Shown in pieces: positions 1-9,582 of a DNA stretch of 64,000 nucleotides (the first letter of the stretch is position 1; the number at the start of each line of letters is the position of its first letter). Under the pieces are notes generated by a model that was not told where the DNA came from, did no database searches, and saw only the letters and a program-made list of their open reading frames with translations. The translations under genes were made by a program, and so were the position numbers. The stretch is from positions 1-64,000 of the forward strand of contig CAVXAT010000011.1 in assembly GCA_963759805.1 (NCBI GenBank). The letters are read 5' to 3'. The DNA comes from an uncultured bacterium (GTDB taxonomy: Bacteria; Babelota; Babeliae; Babelales; RVW-14).

Positions 1-52
1 TAGTGACCCCCATTGTCAAGACAAATTTTTAACTTATATTTCAGAATTTTTA

Positions 53-973
53 TCAGGCCATTTGTATCCCCATTGATTTATTTTGTTGAACGATGATTTT
101 GCTATTACATACAAAAGCCAATGATTCGAAAGTAAAATCAGATTGGTCTACTGCAATGATAGCTCCATAGTAAACTTCATCTGGTTTTTTATATTCGAGT
201 GATTGGTGAAAGCGTTCTCTATTATAAAAGTTGATATAGTTTTTTATAATTAATCGCGTCTCAGCAATGTTTTCAAGAACATAAAAACACAGTGCTTCAT
301 ATTTAATAGTTCGCCAGAATCGTTCAATAATGATGTTGTCTGCCCATCGACCTATTCCATCCATACTAATTTTGATACCTTCTTTTTCTAAACGAGCAAC
401 CCATCTTTCACTTGTAAACTGGCACCCTTGATCACTATTTAAAATCTCAGGCTTACCGAGTACGAGAGCCATTTCCAATGCTTCAAGACAAACGTCTGTA
501 TCGAGATATGGTGACAATGCCCATCCCATAATCTTGCGACTAAAAACATCGATAAGACAAACCAAATAAACAAACCCACCTCTTATTTTTACGTATGTGA
601 TATCTGTTTTCCAGACTTGGTTTGGGCGGCAAACTCGTAATCCTCTTAAAAGATATTTGTACACCTTGTGTTCCTTGTTTGGAATGCTAGTTTTTTTATA
701 AGGGGCAACTGCACAAAGACCTGTCAACGTCATTAGCCGCTGTGTTCTTTTAATGTTGTGGTTAAAGCTTTTTTCGATAAGAACTTCGTGTATTTTTCGA
801 TATCCATAAAATGGATGTCTCTCATATTCGTTGCGTATCTCATCCATAATCACCTCGTCTTGGTTGTTGGCCTTCTTTGGCTTGTAATAAAGGCTACTTC
901 GATTTATACCGAGCAGATCGCATTTTCTGGACAAGTTCAATTTGTTGTTGTGCTCAATCCATTGCTTGCGCAC
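53..973 (-). CDS. IS3-family transposase OrfB (rve/DDE integrase core)
   Basis: Motifs YGYRKI, PNQVWKTDITY, NSDQGCQF, IERFWRTIKYE, YNRERFHQSL. Confidence 0.95.
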   Translation of the reverse strand: MRKQWIEHNNKLNLSRKCDLLGINRSSLYYKPKKANNQDEVIMDEIRNEYERHPFYGYRKIHEVLIEKSFNHNIKRTQRLMTLTGLCAVAPYKKTSIPNKEHKVYKYLLRGLRVCRPNQVWKTDITYVKIRGGFVYLVCLIDVFSRKIMGWALSPYLDTDVCLEALEMALVLGKPEILNSDQGCQFTSERWVARLEKEGIKISMDGIGRWADNIIIERFWRTIKYEALCFYVLENIAETRLIIKNYINFYNRERFHQSLEYKKPDEVYYGAIIAVDQSDFTFESLAFVCNSKIIVQQNKSMGIQMA

Positions 974-981
974 TTGGATAT

Positions 982-1284
982 CTAGCGACTGAGCACTTGT
1001 ACTAAAAAATTGCGCTCTTCCTTTACTTGTTCAAGGTCTGCCAAAATCTTGTCATATGTTTCTTCTTTTTTAACTTTTCTTTTGTCTGCAAAAAGTTCGT
1101 TGCCATGCTCTTCTAGGTGTTGCTTCCATGCATATGCTTGGCATGTTGAAATATTAAATTCTCTACAGATGGTATCAACTGATTTGTCGGCCTTTATCAT
1201 AGCTAAAGCCACCTTAAGTTTAAGCTTGTCATCATGACTTTTTTTCGTGTCATCACTCATGAGAATGCCTTTCTTGTAAAGCAA
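982..1284 (-). CDS. IS3-family transposase OrfA (HTH plus coiled coil)
   Basis: KLKVALAMIKAD...ICREFNI...YAWK HTH pattern, directly upstream of orfB. Confidence 0.9.
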   Translation of the reverse strand: MLYKKGILMSDDTKKSHDDKLKLKVALAMIKADKSVDTICREFNISTCQAYAWKQHLEEHGNELFADKRKVKKEETYDKILADLEQVKEERNFLVQVLSR

Positions 1285-1361
1285 ATTTTTAGATTTAACA
1301 TTCTCATGCTAATTCATTATTATTGTCGTTGTACACAGTTTATCCATTTGCGTTTATTGCA

Positions 1362-1637
1362 TTAAAGCGCCCGCAATAATGACTCACGTTCTACAATAAG
1401 CTTGCCTATAATCACATGAAACTTTTCAACATCTAAACTTTTTTTTGCAGCCATTTTTTCACTCGAAAAAACTTCAATGCCTCGATCTTCAAGCCGTTTT
1501 TTCCATGCATAAATTTGACTTGTCGCTAATGCAAATTCTTGGCATAATTCAGCTATTGGCCTATCAGCCTTTATAGCTGCCAATGCAACTTTTAGTTTAA
1601 ATTTGTTGCTGTGGGTTCTGCTTACTTTGTTACTCAT
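1362..1637 (-). CDS. Second IS3-family OrfA paralogue
   Basis: HSNKFKLKVALAAIKAD...LCQEF...QIYAWKK...IGKLIVERE, a typical OrfA; lies inside the same IR pair. Confidence 0.85.
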   Translation of the reverse strand: MSNKVSRTHSNKFKLKVALAAIKADRPIAELCQEFALATSQIYAWKKRLEDRGIEVFSSEKMAAKKSLDVEKFHVIIGKLIVERESLLRAL

Positions 1638-1727
1638 TTAATGCCCCCCGGGCTCATTGTTATAACTAATATTTTTAAAGTACTTATTTTCTCAAGTTGC
1701 ACTGTCTAGTTTTATGGGGTCAGTATA

Positions 1728-2407
1728 ATCTCCTTGACGATGCTATGAAGTTTCTCAGGTTTAACCTACCCATCTCTGGACGAGTTCCTCCTGACAGTTT
1801 TTATCGCATTGACACCCCGGCAATACCATTTGAAGCTCTTCGCGAAGCCCTTCTTAATGCGCTAGTTCATCGCGATTATACGATACAATGTAGTTCTGTG
1901 CATGTTGCAGTTTATGACGATCGTGTTGAGATTAGCTCTCCTGGCAGGCTGCCACAAGGTATTAAGCTAGCTGACCTAAAAAAAAGACATGATTCCATTA
2001 GGCGCAATCCTCTTATAGCAAGCATTTTATACATCTGCGGCATGATTGAACAGTGGGGGCGTGGGACTCTTAAAATGATCGAGCTCTGTAAAAAGGCAGG
2101 AAATAATCTTCCGCAATTTGAAGAATCAACAGGCAGCTTTTTAGTTACTTTTCCGCTCAAAGAGCCATTATCGCGTATAACTATTTCAAGAACATCATCA
2201 GAACAACTGACCGATAGACAAAAAGAAATCGTAGATATTTTAAAACATGGACCATTGAGCAGAGAGCTAATTATGGAAAAAATGAAAAATCCTCCCACAT
2301 CAAGAACCGTGCAAATAGAACTTTCAAAACTCAAGAAGTTGGGATTTGTTGCTCCTGTGCACAAAGCACGTGGCAGGTCAGTTATGTGGATTTTAAAAGC
2401 GAAATAA
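1728..2407 (+). pseudogene. C-terminal half of an ATP-binding (RecG C-terminal-like/HATPase_c_4 plus wHTH) protein, truncated by the IS3 element
   Basis: ALREALLNALVHRDY, EISSPGRLP, RNPLIA, EQWGRG motifs; the first 10 codons of ORF 1697 lie in the IS terminal repeat. Confidence 0.75.
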
Positions 2408-2428
2408 AAGCGAAATAAAAGCGAAATC
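2396..2428. repeat. 11-bp tandem repeat (AAAGCGAAATA) x3
   Basis: Seen directly across the stop codon. Confidence 0.8.
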
Positions 2429-2483
2429 GTGGATCAAATCCGGATACAATACGAAAACTTCAAGCAATTGCAAAGAAGAGTAT

Positions 2484-3668
2484 TTAAACTTCATCGTTCA
2501 AAATTCTGTCTCTGTAATCTTTCATTAACTTAACCATGTGCGCCAGATTATGAATTGTTGCAAGTGTGTATGCCGAAAGCTCGTGGGCTTTGAAAAGATG
2601 GCAAAGATATGCAAGCGAGTAATGCTTGCATGTGTAACAGGAGCAATCATTTTCGATTGGATTAAAATTTGTACTGTTGCCGCTTTTTACAACTCGCATT
2701 ACTCCATTTTTTGTGAAAAGTTGTCCGTGGCGAGCTGCTTTGGTTGGATGTGAGCAGTCAAAAGTGTCTACTCCCAATGGAATTATCTGATGTATTGATT
2801 CCAGATCACCTATCCCAAGCAGGTGATTGGGTTTATCTGTTCTAACAGTTGGCATTAAAAATTTAAGCAGTTCAATCATTTGTTCTCGTGTCTTGCCCAA
2901 ACTTCCACCGATTGCATAGCCGTCAAAATCTAATGACGATAAGTAGCCGCAACTTTTGCGGCGTAATTCTTGATCGAGGCCTCCGTGAATAACGGCATAG
3001 AGTGCCTGATTATTTGTATTTTTTAAATGCTCGTCTAGTGATCTTTTTTCCCAGCGGTGTGTGCGTTCCAGCGAGCGTTTAAGTTCTTCTGGACTTGTGT
3101 GGTATGGCGGCAGCTCGTCAAAACAGACGATCATGTCCGCGCCGATATTTTTTTGCGCTTGAATTGATGTCTCGGGTGTGAGTAAAACTTTTGCGCCATC
3201 GCGATATGACCTGAAAAGTACACCGTCCTCTGTAATTTTTAAGATGCTGTTGTCATGAGTTTTGGTTCCTTTACTTTTCAGTTCGCTGTGTACTCCCCCG
3301 TACATCAAACTGAAAACCTGGAATCCTCCTGAATCTGTTATGATTGGCATGCTGCGGTTAATAAATTTATGCAGTCCGCCGGCCTGCTTGATTAGTTCTG
3401 AGCCGGGTTGAAGCATTAAGTGATATGTGTTGCAGAACATGAGTTGGACTTCTAGTGAGCCAAGCTCTTGTGAATCTAATGTTTGTGATCCAATTGCCCG
3501 ATTATCAATGGCTTTGAGCGTCCCGTTGGTTCCGACTGCTACAAAATTGGGCGTATCAATTATGCCGTGCGGCGTGTGTATTCGCCCAACACGTGCGCGG
3601 GATTTTTTTGATTGATGTATGAGCTCGAATTTGAATTCGGGTTTTAGATCAGGTGTTTTTGTGCTCAT
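2484..3668 (-). CDS. tgt: tRNA-guanine transglycosylase, Chlamydia-like
   Basis: TPNFVAVGT, NTYHL, TDSGGFQVFSL, CxCxxC...H zinc site; likely start MSTK at 3668 overlapping the yhhQ stop (ATGA). Confidence 0.95.
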   Translation of the reverse strand: MSTKTPDLKPEFKFELIHQSKKSRARVGRIHTPHGIIDTPNFVAVGTNGTLKAIDNRAIGSQTLDSQELGSLEVQLMFCNTYHLMLQPGSELIKQAGGLHKFINRSMPIITDSGGFQVFSLMYGGVHSELKSKGTKTHDNSILKITEDGVLFRSYRDGAKVLLTPETSIQAQKNIGADMIVCFDELPPYHTSPEELKRSLERTHRWEKRSLDEHLKNTNNQALYAVIHGGLDQELRRKSCGYLSSLDFDGYAIGGSLGKTREQMIELLKFLMPTVRTDKPNHLLGIGDLESIHQIIPLGVDTFDCSHPTKAARHGQLFTKNGVMRVVKSGNSTNFNPIENDCSCYTCKHYSLAYLCHLFKAHELSAYTLATIHNLAHMVKLMKDYRDRILNDEV

Positions 3669-4432
3669 GGTTGAGTATCTTTTTTTGTTAGACTGCCTGC
3701 TTTTCGTGCCCGCCGACCTGTCCGCCATAGCCTTGGCGACGGGGGAAGCCACGAGCAAAGCGAGGGCGAAGGCTGGGTGAAAACCGTTTTTGCAAAAGCG
3801 ATAAATGGAGTTGCCAGAGCGATTGCAATTAGTTTGATTGCAAAACTTAAAGTAATAACTTGTGTGACCGAGTAGACAATTCCGTACAGCGCGGCAAACG
3901 TGAAAACAACCGTATCAATAAATTGACTGAGCGATGTCGTAAGTCCAGAACGCAGTGCAAGAAATTTACCATTAAATGTTTTTTGCAAAAAACCAAAAAT
4001 TAGAATTGAGCTGGATTGCGATATCAGATAAGCGATAATCGAAGCGATAATTATGCGTGGCGTAAAACTTAAAATAGAATAAAAGCTTGTGTGCATTGTG
4101 TCTGCCGGACTAGGGGTATACCAGAGTTGAAAAATGCTATAAACCAGAAAACTTAGCAGCATGAGAAAACTGATTTTTATGGCTTTTTTTGCCGAATTAG
4201 TTCCATAAAACTCTTGCAATAAATTCAGGCTAAGTTCTGCGCCGATTATAAAAACATCTGTTCCTGTTGCATTAAAGCCAAAAAGAGCGATCTGTTTGGT
4301 AACGAAAAGATTGGCAACCACGCATTGTAATGCGATTATGGAAATCAGAGCAGATTTGCCCAAACGCAAAGCAACAAGCCCTAAAATCGTGACGGAGATG
4401 ATGTGTAATAAGAATATTAATTCGTTGATCAT
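3665..4432 (-). CDS. yhhQ: Queuosine-precursor transporter (YhhQ/Vut_1 family)
   Basis: ANLFVTK, EFYG, RIIIASIIAYLISQ, SQFIDTVVF motifs; about 6 TM segments; coupled to tgt; C-terminal tail formed by a palindromic element. Confidence 0.9.
   Translation of the reverse strand: MINELIFLLHIISVTILGLVALRLGKSALISIIALQCVVANLFVTKQIALFGFNATGTDVFIIGAELSLNLLQEFYGTNSAKKAIKISFLMLLSFLVYSIFQLWYTPSPADTMHTSFYSILSFTPRIIIASIIAYLISQSSSILIFGFLQKTFNGKFLALRSGLTTSLSQFIDTVVFTFAALYGIVYSVTQVITLSFAIKLIAIALATPFIAFAKTVFTQPSPSLCSWLPPSPRLWRTGRRARKAGSLTKKDTQP
3693..3779. repeat. Nested GC-rich hairpin element (family B) at the yhhQ 3' end
   Basis: CCTGTCCGCCATAGCCTTGGCGACGGGGGA within an outer CCCGCCGA|AGCC...GGCGAAGGCTGGG; same layout as 19503-19570. 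Confidence 0.8.
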
Positions 4433-4709
4433 AACTAAAAAAATGCCTTTAAATCCAGCTTTTTAACAACTGCTTTTAAATTTATCATATTTACTACTTA
4501 TTGGAAATTATGTTTATTTTGTTGAATATTTATGGGTTTTGAATGCTATTTTTTTATGTTCTATTTTTTCTCTGCTGCGGTATGTTAGAGTAAGTTTTAG
4601 CTAGTTAATTTTTCTATTGATTTTTTAAGCTCACACATACTTACAGTCAGTTTTATATGATTGCAAAATGCGTTTATTGACTGTGTTTTTAAATATAAGG
4701 AGTTGAAGT

Positions 4710-5210
4710 ATGAAGAAAATGTTTCCATTGATGTTTGCATTAGTGTTTGCAAATCAAGTATTTGCGATAGAGTCAGAAGCTGTCGAGCCTAATGCACTAG
4801 AAGCCCTAACCAAAGCAGTTGAGCTAGATGAAGTAACCAAAGCGGAAGCTGTCGTTATTTGCGATGCCCTTAGGAAAGAAGGCTTGACGAATGAGCAGAT
4901 AATTACGGCGGCAAAAGAAGAATTGCGCAATGAAACAACAGATCATATTTGGGATTTGATTAAGAATAAACCTGAAGTATGGATAAGTTTTTTGATTGGT
5001 GTAGGAACAACCTTAGTAACTTATGGTATTATTACACTTTGTCGGATGGTTTACAGAAAGATAGCAAAAAGAGGTCACACTGAACAACTACCAGAATCAC
5101 ATTATCCTGCCGATGATATTTTGTATGTCCGACCAAAATACCCTTCAAGACCCACTACACCAAAAACCAATTGTTTCGACTGCCTCCCCCGACGCCCTGC
5201 GTCTCATTAA
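4710..5210 (+). CDS. Secreted/membrane hypothetical protein, paralogue of 6122-6589
   Basis: Signal peptide MKKMFPLMFALVFANQVFA, one TM segment, AGGAG RBS. Confidence 0.8.
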   Translation: MKKMFPLMFALVFANQVFAIESEAVEPNALEALTKAVELDEVTKAEAVVICDALRKEGLTNEQIITAAKEELRNETTDHIWDLIKNKPEVWISFLIGVGTTLVTYGIITLCRMVYRKIAKRGHTEQLPESHYPADDILYVRPKYPSRPTTPKTNCFDCLPRRPASH

Positions 5211-5248
5211 CAGAAATTTACGTCAGTCAGCGATTTATTAATTAATAG

Positions 5249-5277
5249 AAGGGGTATGCAAAACATGCCCCTTTTTG
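5249..5277 (+). terminator. Intrinsic terminator (duplicated at 6635-6663)
   Basis: AAGGGGTATG-CAAAA-CATGCCCCTT followed by a T tract. Confidence 0.7.
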
Positions 5278-5376
5278 ATATATATTTATTGCTTATTGGA
5301 AATTATGTTTATTTTGTTGAATATTTATGGGTTTTGAGTACTATTTTTCTATGTACTTTTAACTTTTTAGGATCTT

Positions 5377-5988
5377 ATGAAAAACAAAATTGGGACAAAT
5401 GAAATTTGGGCCTGGTATCACAAAATTTTGCAAGATAAGCGGTGGCTAAATATATCGAATGTTTTTACGTTGATAAGAATTTTGCTTTCGCCTGTTATTG
5501 TTTGGCAAATGTCACGTCGAAATTGGAATTTCGCATTTGGGCTTTTTGTTGTTGGGGCTGTTACAGATCTTTTAGATGGGTATTTGGCCAGACTTTTTAA
5601 TACTCAAACAAATCTTGGTCGAATGCTTGATCCGATTGCAGATAAAATATTTTTGGTTTCCTCTTTTTTTTCCCTATCATTTGTCAGTACGCCTTCGTTC
5701 CAGATTCCTGCCTGGTTTGTGTACCTGTTGCTTTTCAGAGAGTTTGTATTGCTGTTCGGATGTGCACTTTTATTTGTCCTTAAAATAAAGTTTGAAGTAC
5801 AGCCAATTCTGTGGGGAAAGTTGACAACACTGTTTCAATTTATTTTTATAGTATGGATTTTTTCTTGTTACTTTTTCCACTGGATACCACTAAAAACTTA
5901 CTCTATAATTTTAATTTTACTTGCGGTATATTCCATTTTTTCTCTGCTGCAGTATGTTAGAGTAGGTTTTAACTATTTAAAATATTAA
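5377..5988 (+). CDS. pgsA: CDP-alcohol phosphatidyltransferase (PgsA-like)
   Basis: TDLLDGYLAR...T.LG..LDPIADK signature; GKLTT. Confidence 0.85.
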   Translation: MKNKIGTNEIWAWYHKILQDKRWLNISNVFTLIRILLSPVIVWQMSRRNWNFAFGLFVVGAVTDLLDGYLARLFNTQTNLGRMLDPIADKIFLVSSFFSLSFVSTPSFQIPAWFVYLLLFREFVLLFGCALLFVLKIKFEVQPILWGKLTTLFQFIFIVWIFSCYFFHWIPLKTYSIILILLAVYSIFSLLQYVRVGFNYLKY

Positions 5989-6121
5989 TTTTTTTAAAAT
6001 GTTAATTTTTTTGTTTTTTTTACTATTGATTTTTTTTAAAACTCACACATACTTACATCCAGTTTTATATGATTGCAAAATGCGTTTGTTGACTTTGAGT
6101 TTTAATCTAAGGAGTTAAGAT

Positions 6122-6589
6122 ATGAAAAAAATGTTTCCATTGATGTTTGCTTTGCTGTTTGCAAATCAAGCATTTGCGGTAGAATCAGAAGCTGTCGAAA
6201 CTAAAGGGGGCTCAGCAGAGGTTGTCGCAACTGAAGATGTAACAAGGGATCTAGATGAAGCAACCAAAGCAGCAACTGTCGTTATTTGCGATGCCCTTAA
6301 GAAAGAAGGTTTGACAAATGCTCAGATAATTGCGGAGCTAAAGGAAGAGTTGCGCAATGAAACAACAGAGCATACGAGTCGTTCAATTTTGGACAAGAAT
6401 AACCAAGAATTATTGGCAGGTATATTGATTGGTGCAGTAGGAGCTTGTGCAATATGTTTGGGCGCTCCGTGGGTTTACACAAAGGTAAAAACCAAAGGTT
6501 CCGCTGCAACAGCAGGCGGGTCTGCAGTAGCAAGCGATGCTGCCCGACCAACGCCACCATCACCAGTAGTTTCAACACAAAAGCCATAA
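6122..6589 (+). CDS. Secreted/membrane hypothetical protein, paralogue of 4710-5210
   Basis: Same signal peptide and LDE.TKA..VVICDAL.KEGLTN.QI module; different C-terminus. Confidence 0.8.
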   Translation: MKKMFPLMFALLFANQAFAVESEAVETKGGSAEVVATEDVTRDLDEATKAATVVICDALKKEGLTNAQIIAELKEELRNETTEHTSRSILDKNNQELLAGILIGAVGACAICLGAPWVYTKVKTKGSAATAGGSAVASDAARPTPPSPVVSTQKP

Positions 6590-6680
6590 TAATTAACAGA
6601 ATTTTACATCAGTCAGCGATGCATTAATTAATAGAAGGGGTATGTAAAACATGCCCCTTTTTGATGTTGAAAGAGATTTT

Positions 6681-7346
6681 ATGATGATTAAGTGTAGAAA
6701 TTTAATAATATTGGGTTTAATAACTTTTGTTGGTAGTATGGATTTTGCACAATCCAGTAAAAACGAAGTGGGTAAAGCAGAGTTTATTATCAAAAAAGAT
6801 ATTCAGGATACGGCACAGATTCGGTCAATGTCAAAAGATAGGCTGAAAGAGGAAATTGGCAATGTTACACGTAGAGCTTTTGACTCATCAACAAGCCTGG
6901 GAAAGATTGTTGGTAAAGTTAAAATTGGCTTAGCGGATAAAGTTCCAGGCTTTTATCAGACAAACAGCGGAAAAATTGCCTCAGAAGTAGACAAAAACGA
7001 TGGGATATTGCAAGTTGAGCTCTCTAATATACAAAGTTGTTTTTCTAATGTAATTTCAAATTTGGTTGAAAACAGAGGTTTTTTTAAAAAGGCGTCTCGA
7101 GGGGATTTAAGAGAATTTTTGGGCCTGATGGAGCATATGGTTAGTAACTTAAATTTACAAGTGGTTTCATTTAATAACTTGAAGAGTGTAATTGTAAAAA
7201 AAGATGTAAAGATGGGTGTCGCGACAGCGCAAGGCGATGCGGATATTTTTGATAAAATTAAACGGCAATTTTGCTCCAGTGCCGGTGAGCTTACAAGATT
7301 ACAAGAAAAAATTAAAACGTCTAAATGCTTAAAAAAGAGTACTTGA
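6681..7346 (+). CDS. Hypothetical exported helical protein
   Basis: Long ORF with an N-terminal hydrophobic segment; the ATG at 6651 lies in the terminator, so 6681 is preferred. Confidence 0.65.
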   Translation: MMIKCRNLIILGLITFVGSMDFAQSSKNEVGKAEFIIKKDIQDTAQIRSMSKDRLKEEIGNVTRRAFDSSTSLGKIVGKVKIGLADKVPGFYQTNSGKIASEVDKNDGILQVELSNIQSCFSNVISNLVENRGFFKKASRGDLREFLGLMEHMVSNLNLQVVSFNNLKSVIVKKDVKMGVATAQGDADIFDKIKRQFCSSAGELTRLQEKIKTSKCLKKST

Positions 7347-7352
7347 AAAAAT

Positions 7353-8456
7353 ATGAAAAAGATTTTTATAGTGACGGGTGAACTTTCAGGTGATATTACG
7401 GCTGCTTGGTATGTAAAACGTTTGCAGGCTGATGCTGCGCATTGTGATGTGCAAATCCATGCAGTTGGCGGGGATAACTTGCAGTCACTTGGTGTTACCA
7501 TTTTTAAGCGTTTTGAAGAGTTAAATGTTGTTGGCGTTTTTGAGATCTTCAGGCATCTGCCAAAAATTTTGCATATTTTAAATGAGCTGATTGAACATAT
7601 TCAAACAGGTGGCTTTGATGAAGTTATTCTGGTTGATTTTCCGGGTTTTAATTTAAGATTAGTCAAGAAGTTAAAGTCATTAGATCCAAAAATTAAAGTG
7701 ACATATCTTGCCCCACCGCAGTTGTGGTGTTGGGGAGCATGGAGAGTCAAAAAATTAAAAAAATATTGTGATAAAGTAATTGTACTTTATCCGTTTGAGG
7801 TAGAATGGTACAAACAGCACGGTTTAACTGCGCAGTGGCTGGGAAATCCTGTTTATGATTCTTTGCAACCGTATTTCCCATTAACTGAAAATAAAGAGAA
7901 GTTAATTGCACTTCTTCCGGGTTCACGCAAAGCAGAGATTGAGCGTTTTTTGCCAATTTTTACGGATCTGGTTAAAAATTTTATCTTGCGACATCCTGAT
8001 GTGAAATTTGTTATTCCACTTGCAGATTCACTGCCCGAAGATTTTATTAAACAGCAACTTGAAAAGTCAGGCTTAAATGTTTATTCCGGAAAATTAATTT
8101 TTACTAGAACGGAAGATGAAAAGCTTAAAATGCTAAGTATGTGTTGCTTGGCTGTTACCAAGCCCGGAACAGTAAGCCTGGAATTGGCTTTGCTGAAAAT
8201 TCCGGCTGTGATGATGTTTAAAATTTCTTGGCTTACATATATTCTTGCCCGCCCGCTTGTAAAAGTAAAATATATGTCATTGCCAAATCTTCTACTTAAT
8301 TTTCCGCTTTACAAAGAGTTGGTGCAATCAGATTGTAAGGTGGATTTAATATTAAAAGAGATGGAGAATCTATATTTGGGTTTCGTTCGTAAGACCAACG
8401 ATTACATCATGAAAATGAAAAAGCTTGATGAGCTCAGGCGAATTCTTTCAAGATAA
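7353..8456 (+). CDS. lpxB: Lipid-A-disaccharide synthase
   Basis: GELSGD, VDFPGFN, PPQLWCW, LYPFE, LLPGSR, GTVSLELAL, SLPNLL. Confidence 0.95.
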   Translation: MKKIFIVTGELSGDITAAWYVKRLQADAAHCDVQIHAVGGDNLQSLGVTIFKRFEELNVVGVFEIFRHLPKILHILNELIEHIQTGGFDEVILVDFPGFNLRLVKKLKSLDPKIKVTYLAPPQLWCWGAWRVKKLKKYCDKVIVLYPFEVEWYKQHGLTAQWLGNPVYDSLQPYFPLTENKEKLIALLPGSRKAEIERFLPIFTDLVKNFILRHPDVKFVIPLADSLPEDFIKQQLEKSGLNVYSGKLIFTRTEDEKLKMLSMCCLAVTKPGTVSLELALLKIPAVMMFKISWLTYILARPLVKVKYMSLPNLLLNFPLYKELVQSDCKVDLILKEMENLYLGFVRKTNDYIMKMKKLDELRRILSR

Positions 8457-8717
8457 AAATGTGTCTGATGACACTTTTTTAATCTTGTAAATTGCTTCCA
8501 GATTATGTTTTATGGCTTCATTCATTGGTCAAAAATTATTTGCGGGAATTACTGATAAAAGATAGTCTTTTCAATCTTTTTATTTAAAACAAAAAAATCT
8601 GAAAATGTACCCTCATCCTTACCAAGCAACATAACATACGTTATATTTATTTCTTTTTCGATTGAAATAAGCAGTAAACTTTTTTTCAATGCTTCCATAA
8701 AAAATGACCTGCTATTT

Positions 8718-8774
8718 TTAAGCTGCTAGCTTTAAAACCAATTCTTTAAATGCCTGGCCACGGTGTTTATAATT
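8718..8774 (-). repeat. Diverged copy of the last 19 codons of murD
   Basis: Translates as NYKHRGQAFKELVLKLAA* versus murD NYKHRGQVFKDLVLRLAA* (9583-9639). Confidence 0.9.
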
Positions 8775-8787
8775 TATTTTGGAGAAA

Positions 8788-9480
8788 TCAGCGGATAGCA
8801 CCACCTGCAGCTAAAAGAAGTTCTACACACTTTGTATGATCGTAAAAGGCAGCGTAATACAACGCTTTATTCCCATCTCTATCAACAGCATTAACTTCAG
8901 CACCTACAGCTAAAAGAAGTTCTACACAATCTGCATGGCCCCGACAGGCAGCTAGATACAATGCTGTTCGTCCATCTCTATCAACCGCATCAACATCAGC
9001 ACCCACAGCTAAAAGCATTCTTACACAATCTGCATGACCATTTTTGGCAGCTTTCTGCACCGCTGTTCTTCCATCTCTATTAACTGCATTAATATTAGCC
9101 CCTGTAGCTAAAAGTATTTTTACACAATCTGCATACCCATTAAAGGCAGCTTTATGCAACGCTGTATTACCACATTCATCGACCATATTAACATTAGCAC
9201 CTGCAGTCCGAAGAACCATTGCTATATAGTATGAAGTTAATAATAAGTTTAACTGTTTGTTAACTCGTCGCAATCTAACGAGTTGCTTAATAGCATTCAA
9301 AACCTTTTCTGGAGTATCTATTGGCCCATCGCTCAAAATCAGGGAAAAAGCCATTGCATATTCAAATTCTCCCTCAGCCAATCCTGGCGCCAATTGGAAA
9401 TCCGGCGCCTTTGCACAAAAAACATATGATGGTATCTGAAAAAACAGCGCCAATGATATTAATAATAAATTCTTTTTCAT
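8788..9480 (-). CDS. Secreted ankyrin-repeat protein
   Basis: Signal peptide; four G.TAL..AA..GH.DCV..LL..GA repeats, also visible as 99-bp DNA repeats. Confidence 0.95.
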   Translation of the reverse strand: MKKNLLLISLALFFQIPSYVFCAKAPDFQLAPGLAEGEFEYAMAFSLILSDGPIDTPEKVLNAIKQLVRLRRVNKQLNLLLTSYYIAMVLRTAGANVNMVDECGNTALHKAAFNGYADCVKILLATGANINAVNRDGRTAVQKAAKNGHADCVRMLLAVGADVDAVDRDGRTALYLAACRGHADCVELLLAVGAEVNAVDRDGNKALYYAAFYDHTKCVELLLAAGGAIR

Positions 9481-9582
9481 GAAAATAATCTCCGTTATAA
9501 CTATTGATTTTAAACATTATCTGGAGCCAACACAGCATCTGGAATTATTACTGAGGCTATTATAAAGAAACACCCACAATTT

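Larger units (their letters stand above)
1..1727 (-). mobile_element. IS3-family (IS150-like) insertion sequence, nearly complete; right end cut by the window edge
   Basis: Imperfect terminal inverted repeats TAGTGACCCCCATTGTCAAGACA (1-23) and TATACTGACCCCATAAAACTAGACAGT (reverse complement of 1701-1727), resembling IS150-type ends; encloses two orfA-like genes and a DDE orfB. Confidence 0.85.

Noticed and set aside
3669..3758. N-terminal extension of TGT in the ORF track
   Set aside because: It derives from the palindromic element within yhhQ; the ATG at 3668 overlapping the yhhQ stop is the better start
4433..4500. preQ1 riboswitch upstream of yhhQ
   Set aside because: No recognisable preQ1 stem-loop with an A-rich tail on the minus strand
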